Assembly: GCA_964502815.1 (NCBI GenBank)
Contig: CAZCXV010000002.1
Span: 22,802 to 86,801, forward strand
Length of the DNA stretch: 64,000 nucleotides
Source of the DNA: an uncultured Gammaproteobacteria bacterium
Lineage (GTDB): Bacteria > Patescibacteriota > Microgenomatia > UBA8517
Reading direction: 5' to 3'
Shown here: piece after piece, positions 47,350 through 57,487 of the stretch
Position numbering within the stretch: position 1 is the stretch's first letter
Layout: each line of letters opens with the position of its first letter
Made by a program: the position numbers and the translations under genes
The notes under the pieces: generated by a model
Database searches by the model: none
Seen by the model: the letters and a program-made list of their open reading frames with translations, nothing else
Told to the model about the DNA's origin: nothing

Positions 47350-50300
47350 TTATTTTTTAGTCTCCTCGACAATTATTTCCTCCATAGCCTCCGGCCCGTC
47401 TTTGATAAGTTCTATCAATGCCATTTCCTCGGCCAACACGTCTTCTTTCTTCTCAATTTTTTCATTTGCTGATTCTACCTGAGTTTCTTGCCCATCGCTA
47501 ACTTTCTTAATTACACCTTCGGCATAAATTCCCAAACCTAGAGAGTTTAGTTCCCTAACCAAAACCTTAAAAGATTCTGGAACTTTTGCTTCTGGAATTG
47601 GCTCACCTTTGACGATTGCTCCAAAAGCCTGGGCACGACCTACAATATCGTCAGATTTGATAGTCAACATTTCCTGCAAGGTGTGTGCAGCTCGGTGAGA
47701 TTCAAGCGCCCAAACTTCCATTTCTCCAAGTCTTTGCCCTCCCATTTGGGCCTTGCCGCCCAAAGGCTGCTGAGTAACAAGCGAGTATGGCCCAGTACTT
47801 CTTGCGTGCGTCTTGTCCTCAACCATGTGTTTCAATTTCATGATGTAGCTGATGCCTACTACCGTATCTTCCTTAAACGGTTCTCCAGTTCTGCCATCAA
47901 TAAGTCTGGCTTTTCCAGTTTTTGGCAAACCAGCGCTTTCGAGTTCTTCAAAAACGGTTGTCTCTTTTATCGGGTCAAAAACCGGCAGAGCCCCGGTCTC
48001 GCCTTTTTTCTTTAAGGCCCAACCCAAATGACATTCCAAAAGCTGCCCCAAGTTCATTCGAGCAAGAACTGAAAGAGGAGAAATGATGATGTCAACTGGT
48101 GTTCCGTCTTCAAGATAAGGCATATCAGCTGCCGGCATCATCTTAGCAATAACTCCTTTGTTTCCATGTCTACCGGCAATTTTATCTCCAACCATTACTT
48201 TTCTAATTTGGGCAACTTTAACGACTATTGATTTTATTACTCCAGGTCCTAAGTCATCACCTTTTACTCTATCTAAAATATTGACTTCAGTTATAATTCC
48301 ACCCTCTCCATGAGGAATCCGAAGAGAAGTATCTCTCACTTCTCTAGCCTTCTCGCCAAAAATGGCTCTCAAGAGTCTTTCTTCGCTCGTTAATTCAGTC
48401 TCCCCTTTTGGAGCAATTTTTCCAACCAAAATATCATTTGGTCCAACTTCTGCACCTAAAACAACAACCCCTTCTTCATCCAAGTTGGCAAGTTCATCTT
48501 CGCCAACGTTTGGAATGTCTGCGGTCACTTCCTCAGGTCCTAATTTTGTTTCAACAACGTCTGCCTGATATTCCTTAATATGAATAGAGGTTAAAAGATC
48601 GTCTTTAACCAATCTCTCTGAGATTAAGATAGCGTCTTCAAAACCATAACCCATAAAAGAGGTGTAGGCCACTACCATATTCTGGCCAAGTGCCAATTCG
48701 CCCTCTTCAGACGCTGGTCCGTCGATAATCAAGTCACCTTTTTTAACCTTTTGACCGGAAATCACTTTCACTTTTTGGTTGTAGGCGGTTGATTGGGCAG
48801 TTCGTAAAAATTTGGTGACGTGATAGATTGCCTTTTTGCCGCCATCTACCATTTCACAATCTCCCTGCGGTTCACCTGCGAATTTTTTGTCCAATTTAAT
48901 CTCAATCGTCTGAGCGTCTGCATATTCAACTACACCGTCAAATTCACTTCTGACAACCCGACCCATGGCGGAAGCAATCCCACTCTCCATGCCAGTTCCA
49001 ACAACTGGAGCCGCAGGATTTACTAAAGGCACAGCCTGACATTGCATATTTGAGCCCATTAAAGCACGGTTACCTTCGTCATGAGCAAGAAAAGGAATTA
49101 GAGAAGCCGATGCGCCAAAAACTTGTCTTGGGGTAATATCTATTAAATCAATAAGTTCGGGTGAGCCTTCCAAGAAAGAGCCTTTAAATCTTAAAGGTAC
49201 GCGTGTAGAAGTAATAAAACCGTCTTTGTCTACTTCTATCCCTGAGTGGGTGATATGCATTTCTTCTTCATCATCTGCCGTCAAATAAACTGTTTGCTCG
49301 GTAATCTTGGCCTTAAACTCTTTTCCCGACTTCACTTTTTCGACCACTCGGTAAGGAGTTTCCAAGAAACCATATTCGTTGACCCGAGCGTACAAAGCCA
49401 AGTACGTCACCAGTCCAATATTTGGTCCCTCCGGGCTTCTAACTGGATCAATTCTGCCATATTGAGAAGAATTGACATCGCGGATGGAAAAAGATGCCCG
49501 CTCTCTGTTTATACCTCCTGGCCCCAAAACTGTAACACGCCTTAAGTTGTCAATTTCACTTAAAGGATTGGTGTCATCTAAAATTTGGGACAACTGTGAG
49601 GTTCTATAAAACTCATTTAAAGCCGCAATTAAAGGCCTAGCATTAATTAGGATTGACGGCTGTGGTTTGTCGTCTGGAGAAATCAAACTCATTTTTTCTT
49701 TAACTGACCGCTCTAATCTTAGTAGCCCTACTCTAAAGGCGTGAGTTGCCACTAATTCTCCAACTCTTCTCAATCGTCTATTGGAGAGGTGATCAATATC
49801 GTCTACTCTGCCTGTTCCGTTTTGAAGTCCGATTAAATATTTCAGAGTGGCAACAACGTCATCCCGAGTCAAAACCCAGTTTTGTGGGGAATTTTCAATC
49901 TCAAGGCTCAGTCTTTTATTAATTTTATATCTACCGACTTTTCCCAAGTCATATCTTCTGGCGTCCGTAAATAGGGAATTGAAAAGTCCTTGAGCGTTAT
50001 CCAAAAGAGCCGGCTCTCCAGGCCTCATCTTTTTGTAAATTTCAATTAGAGCCTCCTCCTTAGTCTTCGTTGGATCTTTGGCAATAGTTTTTGAAATATA
50101 TTGGTGATCCTTGTGGATATCAACAACTCCAAAGACTTCCTTAATTTCCCTATCAGAATCCATGCCAAATGCCCGAAGAAAAGTTATGGCATTTACTTTT
50201 CTGCGTTTGTCAATACGAGCTGAGATAACGTCATTTTTTGATACTTCAAATTCCAACCAGGAGCCATGCATTGGCCTAACCTCCGCCATATAAAGCATGC

Positions 50301-50739
50301 GGCCGGTAGAATTATCCAAGTCGCCCGCAAAATAAACTCCAGGAGATCTAACTAACTGGTTGATAACTGCTCTTTCAATGCCTGAGATAATAAATGTTCC
50401 AGATTTGGTCATTTGAGGAATATCGCCAAGATAAACTTCCTGAGAGACCTCTTCACCGGTCTTTTTGTTTATTAAGGTTGCAATAATTTTAAAAGGGGAA
50501 GAAAAAGTAAGCCCTTTTTCGCGAGCAAATTTTGGCGTAATAGATGGTTCTTCGAGTGCTGGCTCGGAAAGAACTAATTGCCAATTTTTTCCAGTGAAGT
50601 CGTCTATTGGGGAGATTTCCTTGAGTTCTTGGGCGATGCCTTCTTCTAGAAACCATTTCCATGATTCCCTTTGGACCTGAGAAAGATCCATTGTTGGCAG
50701 ATTCTTTTCAATTTTTCCAAAATTTCGCCTTTGAGCCAT
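47350..50739 (-). CDS. rpoB: RNA polymerase beta subunit
   Basis: QLVRSPG, PEGPNIGL, GDKIAGRHGNKG, GQRLGEME; start ATG 50739. Confidence 0.99.
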   Translation of the reverse strand: MAQRRNFGKIEKNLPTMDLSQVQRESWKWFLEEGIAQELKEISPIDDFTGKNWQLVLSEPALEEPSITPKFAREKGLTFSSPFKIIATLINKKTGEEVSQEVYLGDIPQMTKSGTFIISGIERAVINQLVRSPGVYFAGDLDNSTGRMLYMAEVRPMHGSWLEFEVSKNDVISARIDKRRKVNAITFLRAFGMDSDREIKEVFGVVDIHKDHQYISKTIAKDPTKTKEEALIEIYKKMRPGEPALLDNAQGLFNSLFTDARRYDLGKVGRYKINKRLSLEIENSPQNWVLTRDDVVATLKYLIGLQNGTGRVDDIDHLSNRRLRRVGELVATHAFRVGLLRLERSVKEKMSLISPDDKPQPSILINARPLIAALNEFYRTSQLSQILDDTNPLSEIDNLRRVTVLGPGGINRERASFSIRDVNSSQYGRIDPVRSPEGPNIGLVTYLALYARVNEYGFLETPYRVVEKVKSGKEFKAKITEQTVYLTADDEEEMHITHSGIEVDKDGFITSTRVPLRFKGSFLEGSPELIDLIDITPRQVFGASASLIPFLAHDEGNRALMGSNMQCQAVPLVNPAAPVVGTGMESGIASAMGRVVRSEFDGVVEYADAQTIEIKLDKKFAGEPQGDCEMVDGGKKAIYHVTKFLRTAQSTAYNQKVKVISGQKVKKGDLIIDGPASEEGELALGQNMVVAYTSFMGYGFEDAILISERLVKDDLLTSIHIKEYQADVVETKLGPEEVTADIPNVGEDELANLDEEGVVVLGAEVGPNDILVGKIAPKGETELTSEERLLRAIFGEKAREVRDTSLRIPHGEGGIITEVNILDRVKGDDLGPGVIKSIVVKVAQIRKVMVGDKIAGRHGNKGVIAKMMPAADMPYLEDGTPVDIIISPLSVLARMNLGQLLECHLGWALKKKGETGALPVFDPIKETTVFEELESAGLPKTGKARLIDGRTGEPFKEDTVVGISYIMKLKHMVEDKTHARSTGPYSLVTQQPLGGKAQMGGQRLGEMEVWALESHRAAHTLQEMLTIKSDDIVGRAQAFGAIVKGEPIPEAKVPESFKVLVRELNSLGLGIYAEGVIKKVSDGQETQVESANEKIEKKEDVLAEEMALIELIKDGPEAMEEIIVEETKK

Positions 50740-50746
50740 GAGGGTA

Positions 50747-50859
50747 ATTTTATTAGTCCCTGGGTAAATACCCAGTGACATGCAAAAACCCGTCCGAAGA
50801 CGGGACAACCTAAAAATTAGGCTTAAGGGTAATTATAGCTACAAATCAAAGAGTGTCAA
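50747..50859 (-). promoter_or_regulatory. rpoB promoter and leader with UUCG terminator-like hairpin
   Basis: TTGACA-16-TATAAT (50859-50832); CCCGTC-TTCG-GACGGG-TTTTT (50804-50784); TAAAAT 7 nt before ATG. Confidence 0.75.
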
Positions 50860-50870
50860 CTATCAAAATT

Positions 50871-51845
50871 TCAAAGATATTTTCTAATGTTCTCGTTGTG
50901 TTCTTCAAGAGTCCTTGCAAAGTGAATTTTTCCTTTGCTGTCATGAATGTAATACCAATATTCTGACTCTTCGGGGCTTATCGCAGCTTTTATGGAAGAT
51001 AGGCCAGGGGAGGCAATAGGGGAAGGGGGAAGCCCAGGGTGGGCATAGGTATTAAAAGGAGAATTGATGTCTATATCTGCCTTGGTTAACTTCTCCCAAT
51101 AATTATCCAGCTTTACAGTACTTTTCAATTTTGAACTGGCAACAGCGTACTGAACAGAAGCGTCAATTTGTAGTGGCCAACCTGTTTTCAGTCTTTTCAA
51201 AATTATGCCCGCAACAACTGGTTTTTCTTCCTCGCTACTTGTTTCTCTTTCCAAGAGGGAAGCGATAATCACTTGTTTTTGGGAAGGAGAAAAATCTTTA
51301 GTTTTCAAGTCAAAAGTTGAGGAAAGTTTAGTCACGACTTTTTGAGCAGAAGTGGTTTTTTCAAAAAGATAGGTATCTGGAAATAAATAGCCTTCTTTGT
51401 CTTTAGTCAAACTCAAAAATTCAACTTTAAAATCAAGTGCTTTTTGATCCTTTAGAGAAAAGGAAGTTACAAACTTATCTGCAATCTCTTCTCTTCTTAG
51501 TCCTTCAGGAATAGTCACCCATACTTGCCTAGGTCCTCTTAAAAGCTCAGAAATTACCTTAATCATCGACAGGGAAGGGGAGAGTTCATATTGACCTGGC
51601 TGGATCCTACCCTCAGTACCAGTTATTTTGGTATAAATTTTAAAAACCAGTGCATTTTGAATAAGTCCTTCCCTTTCCAGATTATTTGCAATCTTCATTG
51701 CCCCACTCCCCTTGGTTATTAAAAATTGTTTATTTTCAAGAGATTTTGAAACAGGTAGGATGTTTTGGTTAAACCAAAGATAACCGCCAAGTCCTGCGAA
51801 TACTAGCAAAATAAAAACAATTGGAATAAGTAGCCTTTTGATCAT
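50871..51845 (-). CDS. mltG: Endolytic transglycosylase MltG
   Basis: N-terminal TM, TIPEG, EGYLFPDTY, IASLLERE, LQIDA, SPFNTY...GLPPSPI. Confidence 0.95.
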   Translation of the reverse strand: MIKRLLIPIVFILLVFAGLGGYLWFNQNILPVSKSLENKQFLITKGSGAMKIANNLEREGLIQNALVFKIYTKITGTEGRIQPGQYELSPSLSMIKVISELLRGPRQVWVTIPEGLRREEIADKFVTSFSLKDQKALDFKVEFLSLTKDKEGYLFPDTYLFEKTTSAQKVVTKLSSTFDLKTKDFSPSQKQVIIASLLERETSSEEEKPVVAGIILKRLKTGWPLQIDASVQYAVASSKLKSTVKLDNYWEKLTKADIDINSPFNTYAHPGLPPSPIASPGLSSIKAAISPEESEYWYYIHDSKGKIHFARTLEEHNENIRKYL

Positions 51846-51879
51846 ATCTCTTAGAGTATAACTTAAACAAAGAAGGAAA

Positions 51880-52080
51880 TTAAACTTCCTCAAGGAGGGC
51901 TCTTCTGTAGGTCTTTTTGGTAGTGTCGTAAATATAGATACGCCTGCATTTGCAGTGAATCTTTTCAAAGCCTTTTTTGAAGTTTTCCTTTTTGCCTTTT
52001 GCAAGAGGCATTCCACAACCTACACACTGTCCCTGGGACAGAAGCCAAGCCTGGATTGGTGCGATTACATTTTTAAACAT
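51880..52080 (-). CDS. 66-aa Cys-rich basic protein (putative Zn finger)
   Basis: CVGCG...CKCRRIY; fills the ruvX-mltG gap on the same strand. Confidence 0.7.
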   Translation of the reverse strand: MFKNVIAPIQAWLLSQGQCVGCGMPLAKGKKENFKKGFEKIHCKCRRIYIYDTTKKTYRRALLEEV

Positions 52081-52090
52081 TTATTTATAC

Positions 52091-52483
52091 TTATTTGTAT
52101 TGTACCTGATCCAAATAACTTTGCAAGATAATGGCAGCTGCATAAGCGTCTTCCATATCTTTTCTCTTCTTTCTTTTGATGCCAGCCTCACGAGCCAGAA
52201 ATTGGGCGTCTAAGGAAGATAAAGTTTCATCGTGGAAAACTACCTCAATATTAAGTTTCTCTTTTAATTTCTTACCAAACTCAAGTGCATCTTTTTTTGA
52301 ATCTCTTTCACTCTTCCCCACCACTATTCTCTCAATATTGTGCGACTTAATTATTTTTGTCAGTTTTTCAATTAGTTTTTCTTCACTTGAATACCTGATA
52401 ACTTCCAAAGGTTCAGAAATTTTGGTCTCGGCAAGAGCCACCCCTACTTTGGCTTGCCCGAAGTCAATTCCTAATAGCCGCAT
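52091..52483 (-). CDS. ruvX: YqgF/RuvX RNase H-fold nuclease
   Basis: LGIDFG..KVGVA, HDETLSS, DAYAAAIILQ. Confidence 0.93.
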   Translation of the reverse strand: MRLLGIDFGQAKVGVALAETKISEPLEVIRYSSEEKLIEKLTKIIKSHNIERIVVGKSERDSKKDALEFGKKLKEKLNIEVVFHDETLSSLDAQFLAREAGIKRKKRKDMEDAYAAAIILQSYLDQVQYK

Positions 52484-53120
52484 TTGCCTCCTCTGGTGGA
52501 ACAATCCTAGCTTTTACTACAAGTCTTTTTGGTCTGGTTGGATCTCCTGGTGGGGTACAGGTAACAAGGGTTAAAAATGAATCGCTCAAGTTTTGTTCCA
52601 ATACTTGGGCATCAGTTGGAACTACTTCGGTCATACTTTCGATTCGATATTTATAGCTCACGCCGTCATATGCCACAAACACTTCATCATTCATTTTTAG
52701 CCTATCCAAAGTTGAAAAAATGGTAATGTAGCTTTTGGGGTCAAAAAAAGCCGGTAAAACTGAATGGCCAAAAACCACCGCATTGCCTCTCTTTCCTGGA
52801 ACTGCAGTTCCAGGGTATTGAATTAAATGTTCTGCCAAATCTTCTCCACCAATTGCTACAGCTGCATTTTCAATTTTTAACTTTGGGATAGAAATAGTAT
52901 AAAAAACAACATTATTCGAACCAAAATCACCTGGTTTGGATTCTGGCAACCAGTTTGACAATTTCGAATAATCAATACCGTTAGTTTTCGTAAAAGTCGC
53001 AAACTTCTGGTCTTTGGTTAAATTGTAGCTAACTATTGGATAAAACACCCAGACAATAATTCCTAGGCCAACTAGACCACTGGTAATTGCAATTAATCTT
53101 AGTATTAGTTTTGTCTTCAT
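52464..53120 (-). CDS. Sortase
   Basis: N-terminal TM, PGKRGNAVVFGHS, LTLVTCTP, RLVVKA. Confidence 0.93.
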   Translation of the reverse strand: MKTKLILRLIAITSGLVGLGIIVWVFYPIVSYNLTKDQKFATFTKTNGIDYSKLSNWLPESKPGDFGSNNVVFYTISIPKLKIENAAVAIGGEDLAEHLIQYPGTAVPGKRGNAVVFGHSVLPAFFDPKSYITIFSTLDRLKMNDEVFVAYDGVSYKYRIESMTEVVPTDAQVLEQNLSDSFLTLVTCTPPGDPTRPKRLVVKARIVPPEEANAAIRN

Positions 53121-53187
53121 ATTTCTAAGTCTCTCACAATTTAGCAAATCTACAACACACTCCACAAGAGATATCCTTTAAAGAAGT

Positions 53188-56100
53188 TTAAGAGCTTGTG
53201 TTTTTCTCCCACAAAACATCCATATCGTCAATCATGTATGGCGGGTTGTAAGAAAATCTTTTAGTCGTTTGGAATTTATATGATTTTCCAACTTCAGATA
53301 TTCTTTTTTCTATAGCTTTTTCAAATCCCCCACCTGTTCTATTAGTTCTAATAGCTGTATTTTTTGAAACTAATATCTTATCAAAATCATTGTTATTGGC
53401 AAATTGCTCTACTTTTTTTATTATTCCCACAAATAATGCTTCTTCATCTACGGAATATAGGTATGTACTTGAAGGATTGAAGGAGACTGACAACAGTTTT
53501 TGACCGTTTTCTTCGTATGCATGCATCAATACCAAACCCTGACAGATTGCTGTTTCTGGGTCTTTAAACACCAACTGCAAATACTCGGGCATATTCCACA
53601 TCTCTTCATCACCTGAAACACACACTCCTCCTACCATTCTTGCATTTGCTGTTTCTTTTGTCTTTGAGATATAGCCATACAAAACTTCTCTTTGCTTTCC
53701 AGAAAGTGATTCAAACTTTTCAAGTTCATCTTGTATTGCAAGTCTTTCCAATTCAAAGATATCTATAAACCTCTGGGCAGTGTATGAAGCAAACTGTTCA
53801 TCATCATATTTTCCACTTCTAATATTTGCTTCTACATTTAATGCCTCTTGCAAATTTATTTCCCCCAAATGTGTCCCTGAATCTATTTCACCATTAGTTA
53901 TTAACTTATATGCAGCTAGTGTTTTTTCTCTTTGTGACCTTAACTGAGCATAAAAAGCTTTAGTGCGCGCCTTGGGAGATTCTGTTTTATCATTAGACAA
54001 GTAATCCACAAAACTCTCGTAGCGATCAACGATTCTATCGATAGATGGTCTCATTTCTTGCCATTGTATTTCCAATTCCTCCTTTTTCTTCCTTAAGCCA
54101 TTCCTATCTTCTTCAAGTTGTTTTATCTTTTCTTTTCTTTCATCAACAATCTTAATTGCACCTGCCTTACCTATATTCTTTTGAACTCGTGATATTTCAT
54201 TATCTATATTTGCAATATCATCTAATACCTGAGCTGCTGGAATTATTACATTAAAAAATGGAATTCTATTAGGAACTACTTCCATATTTTTCTTTATTTT
54301 TTCGGCGCTACTCAAAATTTTAACAACTTGTCGAGCGAAGCTATCTGATAATCCCAGCCTGTCAATTTGCAATCTATTGATTTCATCTTGTCTTTCAGAA
54401 CTGGATGCTTCTTCAGATAATTTCTTAAAATATTCCGGCATTGCATCTGCAATAGTTTTGTTTTCCCACGCAAATTGAACGATTCTCCTGTGTACCTCTT
54501 TTATCCTGTCTGCATAGAATGTTTCCAATTCACATAAAAGTGCATATTGAGGATTATTTGCAATTCCTACTCTATCTCTTGTTCCAGCAATATAATCTGC
54601 TATATCTTCAAACTCTGCAAACTCATACTTGATTATCAAACTCTTAATTACTTCTGGATCTAAACTTTTTGTTCCATATATTGAATCAGATAGAACTAAA
54701 AATAACTTTTCTTCAGCTGTTTTAACTTCCGCTAAATTAACACTTTGCAATCCACCGATTTCTACAATTTGAGCTAATGTTTCATCAAGGTTAACAATTA
54801 GTAATTCCATTGCTTTTTGTTTGTCATAATTAAAATCTTTCATTTGGTCAGCCACAGCATATATTGGAGTTTGAATATTTTCATGAACTTGCAAATTCAA
54901 TTGTTGTCCATCTTTAACCCTAATTTCTGCTTGAGATAGTAAATCTATTTCATATCTGGGATCAATTTTATATTTTGCCAAATCTTGTGATCTGTCTTCA
55001 CATTTTTCGTTTTCCGTGTAAGATGACCAACCACTAGCATTCTCTGCATAAACATGCCTGAGTAAGTCTTTATAAAACGGCTTTTTCCGTTCTTCTTCAG
55101 AGATTATTTCTTCACCAGTCATTTTCTCGGCCAAACCTTTAAGTTGAACCATAAACATCTTCTCACTTCCATTTTGTTTGGCTTGCTTGTAAGCTTCAAC
55201 AATACCAGGAGTTATAACCCTAAATTGTTTTGCAAATTCTATAATTAGACTTCGTTCGCTTTGATCTATTACTCCTGCATCTAAACATTCTTTATATCCT
55301 CTAATAATAGAGTCTGACTTTTGTCCAAACTCTCCAATTAACCTACCAAGAAATTTGACATCCTCAGTAGTTTCCATCAGTTCTCCATGGTTAGAAAAAA
55401 CGAAATTCCAAATCTCGGACATTTTTTCACCAAGTAATGATTTTGCGTATTTCGGTATCGAGAAAATTCCTTCTAGCTCGATTTCCGTATTTCTTATCGC
55501 ATTGGTAACTTCTTGAGAAGTCAAGTATCTCAATATTTCCAACTTCTGTTGGTTTTCGTAAATTTCAGCGGACAAAGATATTACTCTTTGTAGACGTATG
55601 AGCGCATCTTTTTGTCCAATGCGGTCTCCTATTTCACTTTCAACAACCATAAAAAGCAATTTGTCTCTGAGCAGTTTTTGAAAATAGAAGCTTTTAATAT
55701 CAACCCAACCTTTTAGTTTAGGTCTACCATCTCGCATAGCATCCATGGTTTTTTCAATTTCCAATAATTTATTGTCGGTCTCAAACAAAGAAGCCGCCTC
55801 TTGCTGCGAAATTGTTCCCCTTGAAATTAAGAGATCTGCAAGTGTCTGAGTCCTTAAAGTTTCTGCAGCCAAGGATAATAATTCAGGATTTCTGTCCTCT
55901 ACATTAGTTAATATTGATATTGCAAATTCTTCTGCTTTTCTTGAACCAAGTGATACTATTCTATCGCTACCCCCAAGTATCCAACCTTCCAACACCTTTC
56001 TGTTGTTTTCAAGTCCTGGATATTTTGTGATAGCAGCGTCAATAATTTGCTGCCAGTCTGATCGTTTTGAGAGTTCATTTAAGGCGGTATTGACTGCTGA

Positions 56101-57462
56101 AACATTATATTTATGTGAACTTTCATATTCGCCATAAGAAGCTATCAAGACCAAATTTCTTATTGTCTCTGGAGTTGGATATTTAGCTAGCAATTTTATT
56201 TCTCCACCAACAGTAGAACCTGCATGTAGTGAAGACTTTAGTGCATCTTGGTATATTTTTTCGTCAATTTTTTCCAATTGATCATCTCCAAATATAGCAT
56301 TTACTTCAGAGTTTGCCTGCAAAATTTCCCAAAAACTCAAATTTGCAGGACTTTTAACAATATGTTCTGCAGATATTTCCTCTATTTTTACCGTTTCGGG
56401 ATTACTACTTACTCTCGACCCCGGCCTACCCAGTCTTTTATATTTAGTTCCAGTTGCTGTTGCTATTATTTGTTCCCGGTCAAAATCTGAAAGTATAAGG
56501 TTTATGCCCTCCGATTCATAGGCTATTTTTTTGATGTCTTCGACAAACAAACTTCCCACCATTCTTCTTAATACCGAGATATCAGATTTTTTAGTAACAA
56601 GGGTTGTCCATTCCAAGACTAAATAGCCGTTCCACAATAACGAATTTTCTCCCAAACTTTGTCTTAATTCATTAAGTTCCCTCTCTGCTTCCAAATCATT
56701 TCTCAATACTATCTGGCTAGCCATTTTTAGGGAACTAACTATTTCTTCTTCACGGCCTTGATAGATTTTATATTCTTTACACCACTTAGACAATAAAGGT
56801 ACAACACATTTGTCTATATATTCCTCCCTAACTTGAGGGATAATATTAGGACTATTTTCTAGTTCTGTCATATATTGTAAATATTGACCCCGAACTTGTT
56901 GCACTTCTCTAACAACTTCATTTTCAATGACTTCTTCTTGAAATCTCCTAATTGGAGTGCCTATATTTTGATATCTAGCAGCTTCTTCACGCAATTTTTT
57001 CCTCTCAATTCTCAAAGCATCAATTTGATTTTCCAAAACCAAAGCTCCAGGCTGTCCTTCTAGTCCCTTTTCCCATATTTCTTCGTTCAAAGAATTTATT
57101 TTTTCCGATATTCGGTTTGCTTGATAATTTCTCTTTGCCTCCCAGGCTTCAACCAATTCAGCTGTTTTAGAACCTGTCTCTAGTGCCTTTTCCACTGCAT
57201 CTCCTCTAAGATTATTTTTATCGATTTTCAATAAATACTCTGCTGACTGCTGCAACAGGTTGATTGAAGGTAAATCCATTGTTTCCACTTCTTCTAAATC
57301 TAATCTTGATTGAGACAAAGCAACTAATCTTCCTATCCTATCTTGGCTGGGAAACACCTTTGACCTTATCTCTGCGAGTCTTTGTCTTAATGGATGCTCT
57401 TCTGAAAAAGTTTTCAATTCGTTCTCGGGCTTAAGAACAGAGTCGGTGTTATTCTCTGACAT
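53188..57462 (-). CDS. Very large hypothetical protein (1424 aa)
   Basis: Long open frame with TAAAAT 5 nt before ATG 57462; helical/coiled-coil body and an alpha/beta C-terminal domain. Confidence 0.85.
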   Translation of the reverse strand: MSENNTDSVLKPENELKTFSEEHPLRQRLAEIRSKVFPSQDRIGRLVALSQSRLDLEEVETMDLPSINLLQQSAEYLLKIDKNNLRGDAVEKALETGSKTAELVEAWEAKRNYQANRISEKINSLNEEIWEKGLEGQPGALVLENQIDALRIERKKLREEAARYQNIGTPIRRFQEEVIENEVVREVQQVRGQYLQYMTELENSPNIIPQVREEYIDKCVVPLLSKWCKEYKIYQGREEEIVSSLKMASQIVLRNDLEAERELNELRQSLGENSLLWNGYLVLEWTTLVTKKSDISVLRRMVGSLFVEDIKKIAYESEGINLILSDFDREQIIATATGTKYKRLGRPGSRVSSNPETVKIEEISAEHIVKSPANLSFWEILQANSEVNAIFGDDQLEKIDEKIYQDALKSSLHAGSTVGGEIKLLAKYPTPETIRNLVLIASYGEYESSHKYNVSAVNTALNELSKRSDWQQIIDAAITKYPGLENNRKVLEGWILGGSDRIVSLGSRKAEEFAISILTNVEDRNPELLSLAAETLRTQTLADLLISRGTISQQEAASLFETDNKLLEIEKTMDAMRDGRPKLKGWVDIKSFYFQKLLRDKLLFMVVESEIGDRIGQKDALIRLQRVISLSAEIYENQQKLEILRYLTSQEVTNAIRNTEIELEGIFSIPKYAKSLLGEKMSEIWNFVFSNHGELMETTEDVKFLGRLIGEFGQKSDSIIRGYKECLDAGVIDQSERSLIIEFAKQFRVITPGIVEAYKQAKQNGSEKMFMVQLKGLAEKMTGEEIISEEERKKPFYKDLLRHVYAENASGWSSYTENEKCEDRSQDLAKYKIDPRYEIDLLSQAEIRVKDGQQLNLQVHENIQTPIYAVADQMKDFNYDKQKAMELLIVNLDETLAQIVEIGGLQSVNLAEVKTAEEKLFLVLSDSIYGTKSLDPEVIKSLIIKYEFAEFEDIADYIAGTRDRVGIANNPQYALLCELETFYADRIKEVHRRIVQFAWENKTIADAMPEYFKKLSEEASSSERQDEINRLQIDRLGLSDSFARQVVKILSSAEKIKKNMEVVPNRIPFFNVIIPAAQVLDDIANIDNEISRVQKNIGKAGAIKIVDERKEKIKQLEEDRNGLRKKKEELEIQWQEMRPSIDRIVDRYESFVDYLSNDKTESPKARTKAFYAQLRSQREKTLAAYKLITNGEIDSGTHLGEINLQEALNVEANIRSGKYDDEQFASYTAQRFIDIFELERLAIQDELEKFESLSGKQREVLYGYISKTKETANARMVGGVCVSGDEEMWNMPEYLQLVFKDPETAICQGLVLMHAYEENGQKLLSVSFNPSSTYLYSVDEEALFVGIIKKVEQFANNNDFDKILVSKNTAIRTNRTGGGFEKAIEKRISEVGKSYKFQTTKRFSYNPPYMIDDMDVLWEKNTSS

Positions 57463-57487
57463 GTTTAATTTTACAATACATTTGAAG

